From a virus (lineage: Duplodnaviria; Caudoviricetes): a DNA stretch of 64,000 nt. The DNA is taken from the IMG/VR virus record IMGVR_UViG_2706795801_000001, positions 1 through 64,000 of that record; one strand, 5' to 3'. Shown here piece after piece: positions 49,672 through 59,613 of the stretch; the stretch's first letter is position 1, and each line of letters begins with the position of its first letter. The notes beneath the pieces are model-generated. The model was given only the letters and a program-made list of their open reading frames with translations, was not told where the DNA came from and ran no database searches. The translations under genes were made by a program, and so were the position numbers.

Positions 49672-50985
49672 ATGATTAAATATTATTTGGTCGGTGGTGC
49701 AGTACGTGATATGTTTATGGGAGTATTATGTAATGACTATGATTTTGTTGTAGTCGGTGCATCACCTACTGATTTTTCTAATTGGAAGTCTGTTGGTAAA
49801 GATTTCCCTGTATTCCTTGAACCTACGCATGGTTGGGAGATCGCCCTCGCCAGAATCGAACGTAAAGTTGGTGTTGGCTACACTGGGTTTGAAACCGATT
49901 GGAATGGAGTTACCCTAGAGCAAGACTTGTCCCGCAGAGACCTCACAATCAACGCTATGGCGATTGAAGTAGATTTTGCTGCAAGTGTGTTAATTGGAGG
50001 GCCAGTCACTGTAGGGGGCGTTATAGACCCATTCAATGGGTTGTCTGATATCAAGGCTAAAGTGTTGAGACATACCAGTTCCGCTTTCATTGAAGATTCT
50101 GTAAGAGTTCTTAGGGTAGCTAGATTTCTGGCTAAGTTTGATAAGTACTGGGTAGATAGTGTTAATCACTGGAAATGCTCCCCAGAATTATATAAACTAC
50201 TTGAGTCTATAGATGTCAATGACCTAACACCAGAACGTGTATGGTTAGAGATGTCTAAAGCATTCTCTGAGGATAACCCTTCAGCCTTTTTTGATAATAT
50301 GTCCGACTGGAATAATCTATTCCCTATGTGGGAAGATATGTGGAAAACCCCACAGAAAGAAGATCATCATCCAGAGGGTTGTGTAGGTATACATACTGGT
50401 ATGGTTATGGATTATGCAGCTAAAACTTGGAGTGATCCTGAGATTGTATTTGCTGGTTTATGTCATGATTTTGGAAAACCTACTTGCTGGGATAAGTACG
50501 GTAATGCACATGGTCATGAAGTGGAAGGACTATCTTACATAAATGACTTCTGTGATAAGTGGAAAGTTCCTAACAGTTATCGTGAGTTGGCCTTGATTAC
50601 CTGTGAATATCATACCAAGGTACATGGTTGTATGTCTCGTGGCACTAATGGTTGGATGAAACCTAAATCCATCATGAAGTTGTTTGAAGCTACAGGTGCA
50701 TTAAAGAAACCTAGTAGGTTTATTAATATGCTGAAATCTTGTGAGGCTGATGCTAAGGGTAGAGGTGCTGGTGCGGAACAACTTGCAGAGTTTGAATCTA
50801 AACCTTACCTACAACGTAGTTACCTTGAAGATTGTTTATCTGAAGTACTTAACTACAACAGTAAACCTTTATCTGAGAAAATGCTTGCAGAAGGTAAAAC
50901 TGGTGTTATAATTGGTCAGACAATTAGACAGGAGAAGATTAAGTTGATCCGTGAAGTCCAGAACCAATGGAAGGAGAAAGTATGA
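49672..50985 (+). CDS. cca: Multifunctional CCA-adding tRNA nucleotidyltransferase with HD domain
   Basis: YLVGGAVRD, DYD, RRDLTINAMA, ED.VRVLR, HHPE and CHDFGK. Confidence 0.93.
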   Translation: MIKYYLVGGAVRDMFMGVLCNDYDFVVVGASPTDFSNWKSVGKDFPVFLEPTHGWEIALARIERKVGVGYTGFETDWNGVTLEQDLSRRDLTINAMAIEVDFAASVLIGGPVTVGGVIDPFNGLSDIKAKVLRHTSSAFIEDSVRVLRVARFLAKFDKYWVDSVNHWKCSPELYKLLESIDVNDLTPERVWLEMSKAFSEDNPSAFFDNMSDWNNLFPMWEDMWKTPQKEDHHPEGCVGIHTGMVMDYAAKTWSDPEIVFAGLCHDFGKPTCWDKYGNAHGHEVEGLSYINDFCDKWKVPNSYRELALITCEYHTKVHGCMSRGTNGWMKPKSIMKLFEATGALKKPSRFINMLKSCEADAKGRGAGAEQLAEFESKPYLQRSYLEDCLSEVLNYNSKPLSEKMLAEGKTGVIIGQTIRQEKIKLIREVQNQWKEKV

Positions 50986-51560
50986 AATTAGATGAGTTCG
51001 TACACCACTTAGCCAGCAGAGCTGGCTCTCATTCATACTCCAAGTATGTTTGGGTAGATTATGTTAATCAAATAGTAACCTTCCCTTTGTGGACTGTTAC
51101 TGGACAATTAATAGGGTACCAACAATATAATTGGAACGCTGATAAGTTACGTAATAATGATTCTAAAGGAAAGTACTGGACTTACCGTAGAAAGGATATA
51201 CTTACTGCTTGGGGATTAGAATTTGTAGATTTATCATCCACGGAACCTTTACACTTAGTCGAGGGTATCTGGGATGCCATTAGTGTATTGAATACTGGTA
51301 GACGTTGTTTGGCGGTACTGTCTAACAACCCTCAGCAACTTAAACCTTGGTTATCTACTTTACCTTGCACCACAATTGCTTTGTGTGATGGTGATAAAGC
51401 TGGTGAAATGTTATCTAGAGTTTGTAATAAGAAGGTTATATTACCTGAAGGGGTTGACCCTAATGATATGGGTGAGTATAGTCTAAATGAATTTTTAAAT
51501 AAGGAGGAAACAAATGTTCACAAAGAATTGGAAAGATGCCTTACTACTCCTGATAGATGA
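50982..51560 (+). CDS. TOPRIM/primase-like protein
   Basis: GYQQY, VEGIWDA, CDGDKAG and DPND. Confidence 0.8.
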   Translation: MKLDEFVHHLASRAGSHSYSKYVWVDYVNQIVTFPLWTVTGQLIGYQQYNWNADKLRNNDSKGKYWTYRRKDILTAWGLEFVDLSSTEPLHLVEGIWDAISVLNTGRRCLAVLSNNPQQLKPWLSTLPCTTIALCDGDKAGEMLSRVCNKKVILPEGVDPNDMGEYSLNEFLNKEETNVHKELERCLTTPDR

Positions 51561-51843
51561 GGGTGTTGAAGTCACCTTGGAAAAACATCATGGTGTTATA
51601 GGAGTAAACCTTAACACTAGGACTAAGAGTGACTTGATAGTCGTAGAAAACGATCCTTCTCAGTACACCTGTGCTTCTGCAACAGGATATGGGAGGTATG
51701 ATAAGGAATGGGGTATTGATGTCACTAATAGCCCAGATCGTATTGTGAAGGATCTCTGCATCATAGTTAAAGAGTGTATGTGTGGTAGGGACTACGTTGA
51801 TATTAATTGGTGGTCACTTTTAAATAAAAATGATGGTATTTAG
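51514..51843 (+). CDS. Hypothetical protein
   Basis: 109 aa; AGGAGG RBS. Confidence 0.7.
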   Translation: MFTKNWKDALLLLIDEGVEVTLEKHHGVIGVNLNTRTKSDLIVVENDPSQYTCASATGYGRYDKEWGIDVTNSPDRIVKDLCIIVKECMCGRDYVDINWWSLLNKNDGI

Positions 51844-51862
51844 ATGAGTATTAGGAGGTTTT

Positions 51863-51991
51863 ATGATTACAGTTTTTGCAAACAATAAACAAGTACCAGT
51901 CAGGATGGTGGAATTTAGTGATGGTGCCATTACATTCAAATTGGATGAGTTGCCAAAAAATAGAGGAAGTTGTCATGAGTTTAAAGTTTAA
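51863..51991 (+). pseudogene. Possible N-terminal remnant of a PRPP-synthetase-like gene
   Basis: AGGAGG RBS; MITVFANNKQVPVRMVEFSDGAITFKL resembles the Prs FSDGE motif; ends inside the next HNH gene's start. Confidence 0.4.
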
Positions 51992-52793
51992 GTTTGATTT
52001 AGGAAAAGAGGGTTGGTCTTTAATTGACACCCTCAAGGGTGGTTATAAGGAGCATAGAACTACCACTGGTAGGTGGAATAGTAACAAAGATATTAAGATA
52101 TGGGGAGATCTGGACGGTAATAAGGTGGCTGAACTAGACCTAACCCAAGGAAAAACAACTTTAATAGACTGTTGCGACTTGGATGTTGTATGTAAACACA
52201 ACTGGAGTGCCGCAAAAGACGGTGAGTGGGGTTACCGTGTGGTGGCATGGGATAGGGAGTTAAGTAAAAATATATTACTTCATAAATACCTCTTTGATAA
52301 TGGTAATAAAGTGGATGTAGTAGACCACATAAATGTTTGTTTTCCTAATAGTTACACGTTAGATAATAGGCGTTGTAATATAAGGAATACTCCAAACAAC
52401 ACCCACAATGTAAGAAAGTACAAAAGTAACACAACAGGATATCCTAATATTATATTTAACATCAGGTCACAGAAGTATAATGTACAGGTTACAGTGAAGC
52501 AGAAAAGGCCTTATTGCCCTTATTACCCTCAAGAGGAATTAGAAGCTGCCATATTATGTAGAGATACATTCAAAGTCCTCTTGCACAACCATAAAGGTCA
52601 CCTTGTAACAGAAGAAGACTATATCATATACTGTAAATATTTATTATCTGTATATGATGGTATGTCTGTTCCTGAGAGTAGACTTAAAAATGACGTGCTG
52701 GAACTATTCAGAAAAATAAAACTTAAAGATACTTTTGACCTAGAGAATAAAATAACTGAAATCCGTCAACGTGTGAAAGATAGTATTAAATAA
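51975..52793 (+). CDS. HNH-AP2-type homing endonuclease
   Basis: LTQGKTTLID, VVDHIN..TLDNRRCNIR, NTTGY. Confidence 0.8.
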   Translation: MSLKFKFDLGKEGWSLIDTLKGGYKEHRTTTGRWNSNKDIKIWGDLDGNKVAELDLTQGKTTLIDCCDLDVVCKHNWSAAKDGEWGYRVVAWDRELSKNILLHKYLFDNGNKVDVVDHINVCFPNSYTLDNRRCNIRNTPNNTHNVRKYKSNTTGYPNIIFNIRSQKYNVQVTVKQKRPYCPYYPQEELEAAILCRDTFKVLLHNHKGHLVTEEDYIIYCKYLLSVYDGMSVPESRLKNDVLELFRKIKLKDTFDLENKITEIRQRVKDSIK

Positions 52794-52870
52794 TTAAATA
52801 TAAACAGTTGACATCCTAGTTTAACCCTGACATAATCTCCTTATCTTAAACGGTAAGGAGATTTTTATTT

Positions 52871-53086
52871 ATGAATAAGTTAATACAGGCATACTTGATC
52901 CACACCAACCACTACTTAGCTGGGGCAGAAGTGCAAACATACTACGCTAAAGTAACAGATGATAACCTTGTGTATAAGGTTAGTATAGAGAATGAGTGTT
53001 GTTTCCGTGGTTGTGAAATTATTTATATACAGAATGAGGAATTACTAACTTTTCTATTTGAACTTACATTGAAGCAAGGAGTCTAA
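52871..53086 (+). CDS. Hypothetical protein
   Basis: Own TTGACA-17-CATAAT promoter and AGGAG RBS. Confidence 0.65.
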   Translation: MNKLIQAYLIHTNHYLAGAEVQTYYAKVTDDNLVYKVSIENECCFRGCEIIYIQNEELLTFLFELTLKQGV

Positions 53087-53233
53087 TATGAATGACAATT
53101 TTGTGGTGTGGTTCTTAGAGGAAGATGTATCGGCTAGACTAAAACAAGTTAACACTGAATTATCTAAAATCACTATACCACCACCAAAAGAAATAGAAGA
53201 TGTCCCACATGGTAAACTTAAGGAGAATAAATA

Positions 53234-53953
53234 ATGACGCAGTATAAAATTCAAATTGGTAGTTGGACTAAATTACCAAATAGTCAAGTTCAAGAAGATA
53301 CACGAGATATTATGGAGATGATGGGTAAGGTATGTGGTGTGAGCTTGGAAAAACATGTAACTAGTGTGGGTAACTTTTTGGAGTATGTAAGTGTGCGTAA
53401 CTCTTTCAAGGGTTTGTGTGCAGTTGTGCAAGGAGAGCCTCATGTTGTTACACATAACAGTAGGTGTAATATTAAACACACACAATCACTATTCATCCCA
53501 TATGAGGAGTTACAGAAAATGTTAAATGTACCACAGGTACAGGAGATGCCGAAGGTATCATCCCTACTAAACACAAAATTAGATTGTCGTAAACCAGATG
53601 GGACTGTAGATGAGGAATTGTCACGAGCATTCCAAGAGGCTTGTTTTGAGCAGGGGATTAAGTGGCTTGGTACAGATGATACCGTACAGTACCTTAGTTC
53701 CCCTTTCTTGTTTGTAGAACAGTACGGATGTTTAAGTCACACCACTTTACAATCAGAAAAGTTCTTCTATGAATTTGAAGATTGTAAACAAATCAACTTC
53801 AAATACTCCCGCACATTAACTTGGGAAGCTACTGAAGTTAAACCTCCTGAACCAGAACCAGTGGATGAAATGGTGAACATTTGTGGTGTGGAATATTCAG
53901 CGAAAGAACTTAACGCTGCATTGGAATTAATTAAAAAGTCACGTAAGGAGTAA
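53234..53953 (+). CDS. Hypothetical protein
   Basis: 239 aa; AGGAG RBS. Confidence 0.75.
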   Translation: MTQYKIQIGSWTKLPNSQVQEDTRDIMEMMGKVCGVSLEKHVTSVGNFLEYVSVRNSFKGLCAVVQGEPHVVTHNSRCNIKHTQSLFIPYEELQKMLNVPQVQEMPKVSSLLNTKLDCRKPDGTVDEELSRAFQEACFEQGIKWLGTDDTVQYLSSPFLFVEQYGCLSHTTLQSEKFFYEFEDCKQINFKYSRTLTWEATEVKPPEPEPVDEMVNICGVEYSAKELNAALELIKKSRKE

Positions 53954-54130
53954 TTATGACATATACATTTGTGTACCGTAAAGGTGGTGGTGTGGTAACA
54001 TCACAATTGAAACTTGAAGTTGGTGTTGATTTAGCTACCGCAATAGGTGAAAGTCAATCTGACACACTAAAAGAACTTGGTGCAGATAAGAATTCACCAT
54101 TGTTTGCCATTGTAAAATAAGGAGTAATAA

Positions 54131-54601
54131 ATGAAACCGTTATCAAAAAGTTCGTGGTTGTATCGTATTAATGATCAGTGGGGTAATACTGGTTTCATTA
54201 GACAGTCTCGTAACAATAGTATATCACTGTGTACACTGATTGCATCAACTGCACAAGCTTCGGTACTGTTACTTATATTCTGTGTATTAGCTTTGGTAGG
54301 TGTAATTGGCATAGTGTTAATTGGTCTGTCCTTACTGTCACCAATCATGCTATTGACAGGTTATATTCCTATTGGTATCGTTGTGTTGTACCCTATACTG
54401 ATTGCACTCCTAGTTATGGTAATTATGGTTGGCTTCATGTTGGCAGGGTTTGGAGAAATGGAGGTATTTCCAGATTACATGAAACCTAAACGATTATCAT
54501 CACCTAACATTAAACGTTACTCTATTAAAGATTCTTACGTGTACCAATACTTTAAAGCAATCAAAGATAAAGTTTGCCCTATTATTGATATTGTAGATTA
54601 A
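54131..54601 (+). CDS. Membrane protein
   Basis: Long hydrophobic core; ends KDKVCPIIDIVD. Confidence 0.75.
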   Translation: MKPLSKSSWLYRINDQWGNTGFIRQSRNNSISLCTLIASTAQASVLLLIFCVLALVGVIGIVLIGLSLLSPIMLLTGYIPIGIVVLYPILIALLVMVIMVGFMLAGFGEMEVFPDYMKPKRLSSPNIKRYSIKDSYVYQYFKAIKDKVCPIIDIVD

Positions 54602-54616
54602 TTATTATAGGTAAGA

Positions 54617-54646
54617 TAAAACCCCACAACAGAGTTGTGGGGTTTG
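54617..54646. terminator. Bidirectional terminator between convergent genes
   Basis: AAAACCCCACAAC-AGA-GTTGTGGGGTTT. Confidence 0.8.
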
Positions 54647-54658
54647 TTGTTTAACTAT

Positions 54659-54742
54659 TTAAATTATGGGGGTTAGTTTCGATTCATCAGCATGTGATGT
54701 AAATGACACTAAAACTAATAACGCTGCTGCAATGAATTTCAT
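54659..54742 (-). pseudogene. Truncated signal-peptide-only gene
   Basis: GGAG RBS; MKFIAAALLVLVSFTSHA-DESKLTPII*. Confidence 0.5.
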
Positions 54743-54842
54743 TTTGTTAACTCCAATAAAAAAGCGACTATTTACTTATAGCCGCTTTTTTGGGTTTGTA
54801 AAGTTACCTGTTGCTATAACAGCCTATTGATGTTCTGCGCAC

Positions 54843-57155
54843 CTAAACTGAAGATGCTTTTATTATTGTTTTTACTCTCATGTCGCTGGTTGTAGTGTTA
54901 AAAATTCTAAGCGTAGCAAATGCGCCCGTCAAGCTTAAGTCAACTTCGCCAGAAGCACTAGCCCTAAAGCTGTAAACGTCAGCTTTGTTATTCTGTATCG
55001 CTGATCCTGCACTGTCGCTATATGTCGCAACTCTCCACCTTGACCCAACGTTGGCTACTCCGTCAAAACTAAAATCTGATTTTGAGTTTAAGCTCGTGAC
55101 TTTGTTGGCCACCACCGGAAATTGCTGGGCGGTTACATTTACATTGTTTGTTATATTCTCACATTCAATTTCAATACTGTACCCATCTACCCTTTGGTTG
55201 CCCCAAAACCAGTATGGTGAGTTTATAACGTTAACGGAGTCTTTTAGCGCCTTTATGTCGAACAAAAAGCCAGTAGGCGATCCGGTTTGGGATGTTATAT
55301 CATACACCCTAAACAAAGGCGATGAAGCGCCATATTTAACATCGAAAATATTACCACCAGTTGATAATGATTTAAAATTATAATTCTCTAAGTCTAAAGA
55401 AAGAAGCGATATAGACTTTCCGTTAAACCTACCATCACTTACATCTGCTGAAATTGAGTTGCATTTAAACTCTGTATTTCTGTTTTCTATACCTCTACCT
55501 GAGACAGATAAAAACCTAGTGTGATAGAATGAAGTCAATGTACTTGGGATTATGGGATCAATAACCTCATTGCCGTTAGATTTAGCGTCATAAAATGCAC
55601 CCCTCCACAAAATAGATTCAGACCCACCGAAGTTGTAAGAGTGGTTATCTACAACAGAACACCCCTGATTTTTAGATCCTGACCATCCGTTGACTCTTAT
55701 GTCGTTTGCATCTGCCCCTTTGATCTTATTGCCCTTAACTGTAACGAATGAAGGCGCTGCTACATGTATACCTGTCAGCTTACCGCTCATATTAACAATA
55801 GTACCACCGTTATCGTAAGAGCTTCTTGTAAACTCTATTATGTTACTGTGACAAGTGCCAAAGTAACCAAACGGAGAAGTCGAAGAAGTTGAGCCGTCAT
55901 CATTAATCCCCTTCAAGTTTATAGCGGCCTCGTCCGATCCGGCGTCAGTAAGTATATTGTCATGCACATCAAAAGAATACGCCTTTAGATAAATAGCCTC
56001 CGTGTCTAGCACGTTTCCTGTGCAATCAGTAATTATATTATCTGACACGATAACTTTAACACCGGATAACATTACAGCGTGGCATTCATAATTGTTACCA
56101 GTTGTAGAACTTCCTGTTGTGGTTCTGTTTACTACTGTGTTAACAGTGTTACCAATAAATTTATGATTTTTGCAAAGCAAGTATGACGATGAGCTATAAG
56201 CTATTCCGTCAAGATAAACCTTGTGCGCCGCAACTATACGACCTGCACCGATGATATTTTTGTATGTGTTTCCAGTAGACTCGCTTTCATCGCATAACCC
56301 GCGCCAATTTACTGGCATTGGACAATTCTCTACGTGGCTATTTTTTATAGATAGTTTTTTGCATGATATGGTCACATCAGGCATGAAATCATCTACGACG
56401 CTGCCCGCTATGATTATTGATCGGTTATTCGTAGCATTAACATTATCAATAACAATGCTACCTATATCAGAACCAGTTAACACCCTACAGAACGCAGTTG
56501 TGTAGTTAGTTTTATTTAGCTCTGTTCCATCATAAAAACCTTCGATTCCCACTCCAACAAGTGAAATATCGCCACCGCCGACACCAAACCCCAAGCCGTT
56601 AAAGCCTACTATTTTTGACTCTTTATCACTTGAAAATATTCTTAATCCACTATTGCAAATTGACGTAGAGGTTAACCTGATCGAGCCGTGCCCAGTGATA
56701 TCAGTAGTCAACCCAATTGCTTGCATTTTAGATATTGACTTACTGTTATCGCTATATTCGCTCCCTCCCCCGAAATTGTGAAGCGGGGACGATATATCAT
56801 ACTTACCTAACCTAACAAAACACCCAGTCCCAGTCCCAGCCCAATTTAGCAACGAAGCTAAATTAACTTGCGAACCATCCCAAGCGGCAATAGCTTCAGG
56901 GGCAATCACGGTGCCGCCATTGTGCAATGATTTATCTTTACTTGCATCATATACAAAGTTACCACCACCCACTAATGTATCAACATAGAATCCGTTTGTA
57001 GAAACTTTCATACCATCATAGAGTCCCAAGGACTCTAGTGATTTAATACCACTTACATTTTGATCAATTAAACCATTAATATTAGTTCTAATTGTTTCTG
57101 TAGTGTAGTTAACACCACATTCCATCTTTTCTAAAGACATTCTATCTAACCTCAT
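54843..57155 (-). CDS. Tailspike/depolymerase-like beta-helix protein, inverted relative to neighbours
   Basis: GFY...GGGNFVYD...HNGGTVI...GTGCFVR head module; Asn/Gly/Ser-rich beta-helix repeats. Confidence 0.78.
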   Translation of the reverse strand: MRLDRMSLEKMECGVNYTTETIRTNINGLIDQNVSGIKSLESLGLYDGMKVSTNGFYVDTLVGGGNFVYDASKDKSLHNGGTVIAPEAIAAWDGSQVNLASLLNWAGTGTGCFVRLGKYDISSPLHNFGGGSEYSDNSKSISKMQAIGLTTDITGHGSIRLTSTSICNSGLRIFSSDKESKIVGFNGLGFGVGGGDISLVGVGIEGFYDGTELNKTNYTTAFCRVLTGSDIGSIVIDNVNATNNRSIIIAGSVVDDFMPDVTISCKKLSIKNSHVENCPMPVNWRGLCDESESTGNTYKNIIGAGRIVAAHKVYLDGIAYSSSSYLLCKNHKFIGNTVNTVVNRTTTGSSTTGNNYECHAVMLSGVKVIVSDNIITDCTGNVLDTEAIYLKAYSFDVHDNILTDAGSDEAAINLKGINDDGSTSSTSPFGYFGTCHSNIIEFTRSSYDNGGTIVNMSGKLTGIHVAAPSFVTVKGNKIKGADANDIRVNGWSGSKNQGCSVVDNHSYNFGGSESILWRGAFYDAKSNGNEVIDPIIPSTLTSFYHTRFLSVSGRGIENRNTEFKCNSISADVSDGRFNGKSISLLSLDLENYNFKSLSTGGNIFDVKYGASSPLFRVYDITSQTGSPTGFLFDIKALKDSVNVINSPYWFWGNQRVDGYSIEIECENITNNVNVTAQQFPVVANKVTSLNSKSDFSFDGVANVGSRWRVATYSDSAGSAIQNNKADVYSFRASASGEVDLSLTGAFATLRIFNTTTSDMRVKTIIKASSV

Positions 57156-57449
57156 TTATGTGTATTGACAGGTGCATGGTTGTATATAACGCACCCAATG
57201 TTGTTTTAATTATCACTGTAATATCCTCATGAAGTTATCCTATAACCCACAACCTTTATGTAATCACGCACTATATTTATACTTTATAATAACATATCTA
57301 GTGTTTATAAACAATGAATCCAATATCAAATGTTTGCTTGACTTTTCCAAAAGTGTTATAAGTACCCATAGTCAGCAACCTGCAATAATAGAAGGATATT
57401 ACATGGGGCGCGTTAAGAAAGAATCGGTAGATGGTGTGGAAGCGTCTTC

Positions 57450-57759
57450 ACAACACCGTTTCTATTGCAGCGGATGATTTCTGATATAGCGGTGGTATGC
57501 TTTTGACATTAATCGTCTAGGAGGGGCACATGAGTGGTGTCAGGAGGTAGTTAACGGTCTTATGGGACACGGTTTTAATATAGTGGTTCATAACACAAAC
57601 ACTTCTGAACGAGAACTTAAACCTTACCTGAAGCTTGCAGAAGAACACAGTTATGAGGTAGTATCCCTTGTAGTTGAAAACCGTCACGGAAACCATGATA
57701 TGCATAATGCCCAGTTACGTCAAGAGGAACGCCTACTGGGGAGTTTGGTTCTTTTCTGA
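57450..57759 (+). pseudogene. Degraded AAA_33/polynucleotide-kinase-like gene
   Basis: IAADDF*Y, frameshift, YAFDINRLGGAHEWCQ...VVHNTNT...ENRHG; P-loop missing. Confidence 0.7.
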
Positions 57760-57884
57760 GGAATAACCTAAAACATTTAATTTATCACTTGACGGCACTT
57801 TGGATCTACCGTAAGATACCAGCTAATGAAGTCACCATGAACCCGCCTTGTGCGGGTTTTCTTTTACCTGTAATTCCTATCCAT

Positions 57885-57974
57885 ACCACCTCTATTGCTT
57901 ACTGTCAAGGGATGTGATAGAATTAACTTACCACCTCTATTGCTTCCTATCAAGGAATGTGATAGAATTAACTT
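57885..57974 (+). repeat. 45-bp tandem duplication, each copy containing a promoter
   Basis: Two copies of ACCACCTCTATTGCTT.CT.TCAAGG.ATGTGATAGAATTAACTT; each has TTGCTT-17-TAGAAT. Confidence 0.85.
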
Positions 57975-58006
57975 AACAAACTAGACTAGTGTATAGGAGA
58001 GCTACC

Positions 58007-59545
58007 TTGAGCCACCGTAAAGGAAAAGGGAAGTCTAATCGCAACCAGCGAATGAAGACTATTCAAAAGGACACACGTAGTCAGCGTAGTGCCTCAAAGG
58101 GTATAGCATCCCCTGCTATTCACTCAGTTCAACGAATCGTACAATTACTCAAACCATATGAATTATCCAACACTAATCGTTTTGAAACCTACCAGCTAAT
58201 GATCGGTGATGAGGCTGTATGGAGTAGTGTTGAGTCTCGTATGACTTCTATTGAGGTAGCACAAGCTAACTTCAAATTAAAGTATGATAAGAACTCAGAA
58301 CGTTCAGTATTCCTTAAAGAGTTTATTGAACACAACTTACGTGGTATGGCTCGTACAATGAGAGCTGTAGGTCGTGAGTGTGGTGAGATGGTTTATAATG
58401 GTATTGCCCTACATGAACCTACTGCTAGTGTTGAGAAGTCAGGGGTGTATGCAGGACTATTCACACTAGACGATATCATTTATATTGATCCTTTAACTAT
58501 CGACACTATACGTCCTTATGAGACAGAAGAAGGTGGGCGTAAGTTAAAGTATTGGAGACAGAAGAAGTCTGCCTTTGTTGATACTAGCAATCGACTAACT
58601 TTAAGACAAGCCCAACAATTCAGTCAAACTGGTGCTGTTCGTATTGACTCTCGTAAGGTTGGTGTAAGTGCTTATGCAGCCTCTCAGTCACGTCCTATGG
58701 GTACTTCTGCACTAGATGCAGCATACGCTCCTTGGAAAGAAAAGAACCTCATACAAGAGTATCTACTGGTTGGTGTCCAGAAGGATCTAGCTGGTACCCC
58801 TGTACTACGTGTTCCAGTTGACTTATTTGAGAAAGCTAAAGAAGCAAGCTCAGATGCTGCTGCTACATTAGCTCAGCTACAAGAACATATGGCTAACCTA
58901 CACGCTGGTGATCAGACGTTCATGATCCTGCCATCAGATGCATTCAATGATGCGGGTTCTGGTGCATTACAGTATGACGTAGATTTCAAGGGTATTTCTG
59001 GGACGGGTAAGAACTTCGACTTAGTTGCTATTATAGAACAGAAGAAGAAAGCTATCTTCAATGTATTAGGTGCTTCACACTTGATTACAGGGGAAGAAGG
59101 TGGAGGAAGTTTTAACTTACATGAAGGTAAGGCTGACATCCAAGCACACTATGCTAATCGTGACAACATGATCATTGATGACATGGTTAACAAAACTATT
59201 ATCCCATTCATCCTAAACCTAAACGGATTCAAGGATGAGAAGATTTCAGATATTCCACAGTACCTGCATGGTGAAGTACAACCCGTCAGTATGGATGAGC
59301 ATGGCAAATACCTAAACCGAGTGATGAGAATTTTACCTGCCACTGCTGATGTTGGTAATGCTATTCTGGAGCGACTAGGTATTGATTACCGACTACCAGA
59401 TAACATAACCCCAGAAGAGTACAGGGCAATGTTGTTTACCTTTGCAGATGAATCTAAAGTGGGTTCTGGTGACAGTACTAGTGGTACTGGTGATAGTCAA
59501 GCAGGTGGTACAGCTTCTGATACAAACAGTGAAAATACAGCTTAA
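58007..59545 (+). CDS. Portal protein
   Basis: About 512 aa, first gene of the head module; G...L.AAY.PW.EK...VGVQKDLAG.PVL; TTG start after AGGAG. Confidence 0.85.
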   Translation: MSHRKGKGKSNRNQRMKTIQKDTRSQRSASKGIASPAIHSVQRIVQLLKPYELSNTNRFETYQLMIGDEAVWSSVESRMTSIEVAQANFKLKYDKNSERSVFLKEFIEHNLRGMARTMRAVGRECGEMVYNGIALHEPTASVEKSGVYAGLFTLDDIIYIDPLTIDTIRPYETEEGGRKLKYWRQKKSAFVDTSNRLTLRQAQQFSQTGAVRIDSRKVGVSAYAASQSRPMGTSALDAAYAPWKEKNLIQEYLLVGVQKDLAGTPVLRVPVDLFEKAKEASSDAAATLAQLQEHMANLHAGDQTFMILPSDAFNDAGSGALQYDVDFKGISGTGKNFDLVAIIEQKKKAIFNVLGASHLITGEEGGGSFNLHEGKADIQAHYANRDNMIIDDMVNKTIIPFILNLNGFKDEKISDIPQYLHGEVQPVSMDEHGKYLNRVMRILPATADVGNAILERLGIDYRLPDNITPEEYRAMLFTFADESKVGSGDSTSGTGDSQAGGTASDTNSENTA

Positions 59546-59613
59546 TCATTAAATACTATATAATTGTTGCACCTTGTATAAAATTATGGTAGAATTAACA
59601 CAGAAGGATAGAT

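Noticed and set aside
57885-57974. CRISPR mini-array
   Set aside because: The repeats are directly adjacent with no spacer and contain promoter elements; no cas genes are present.
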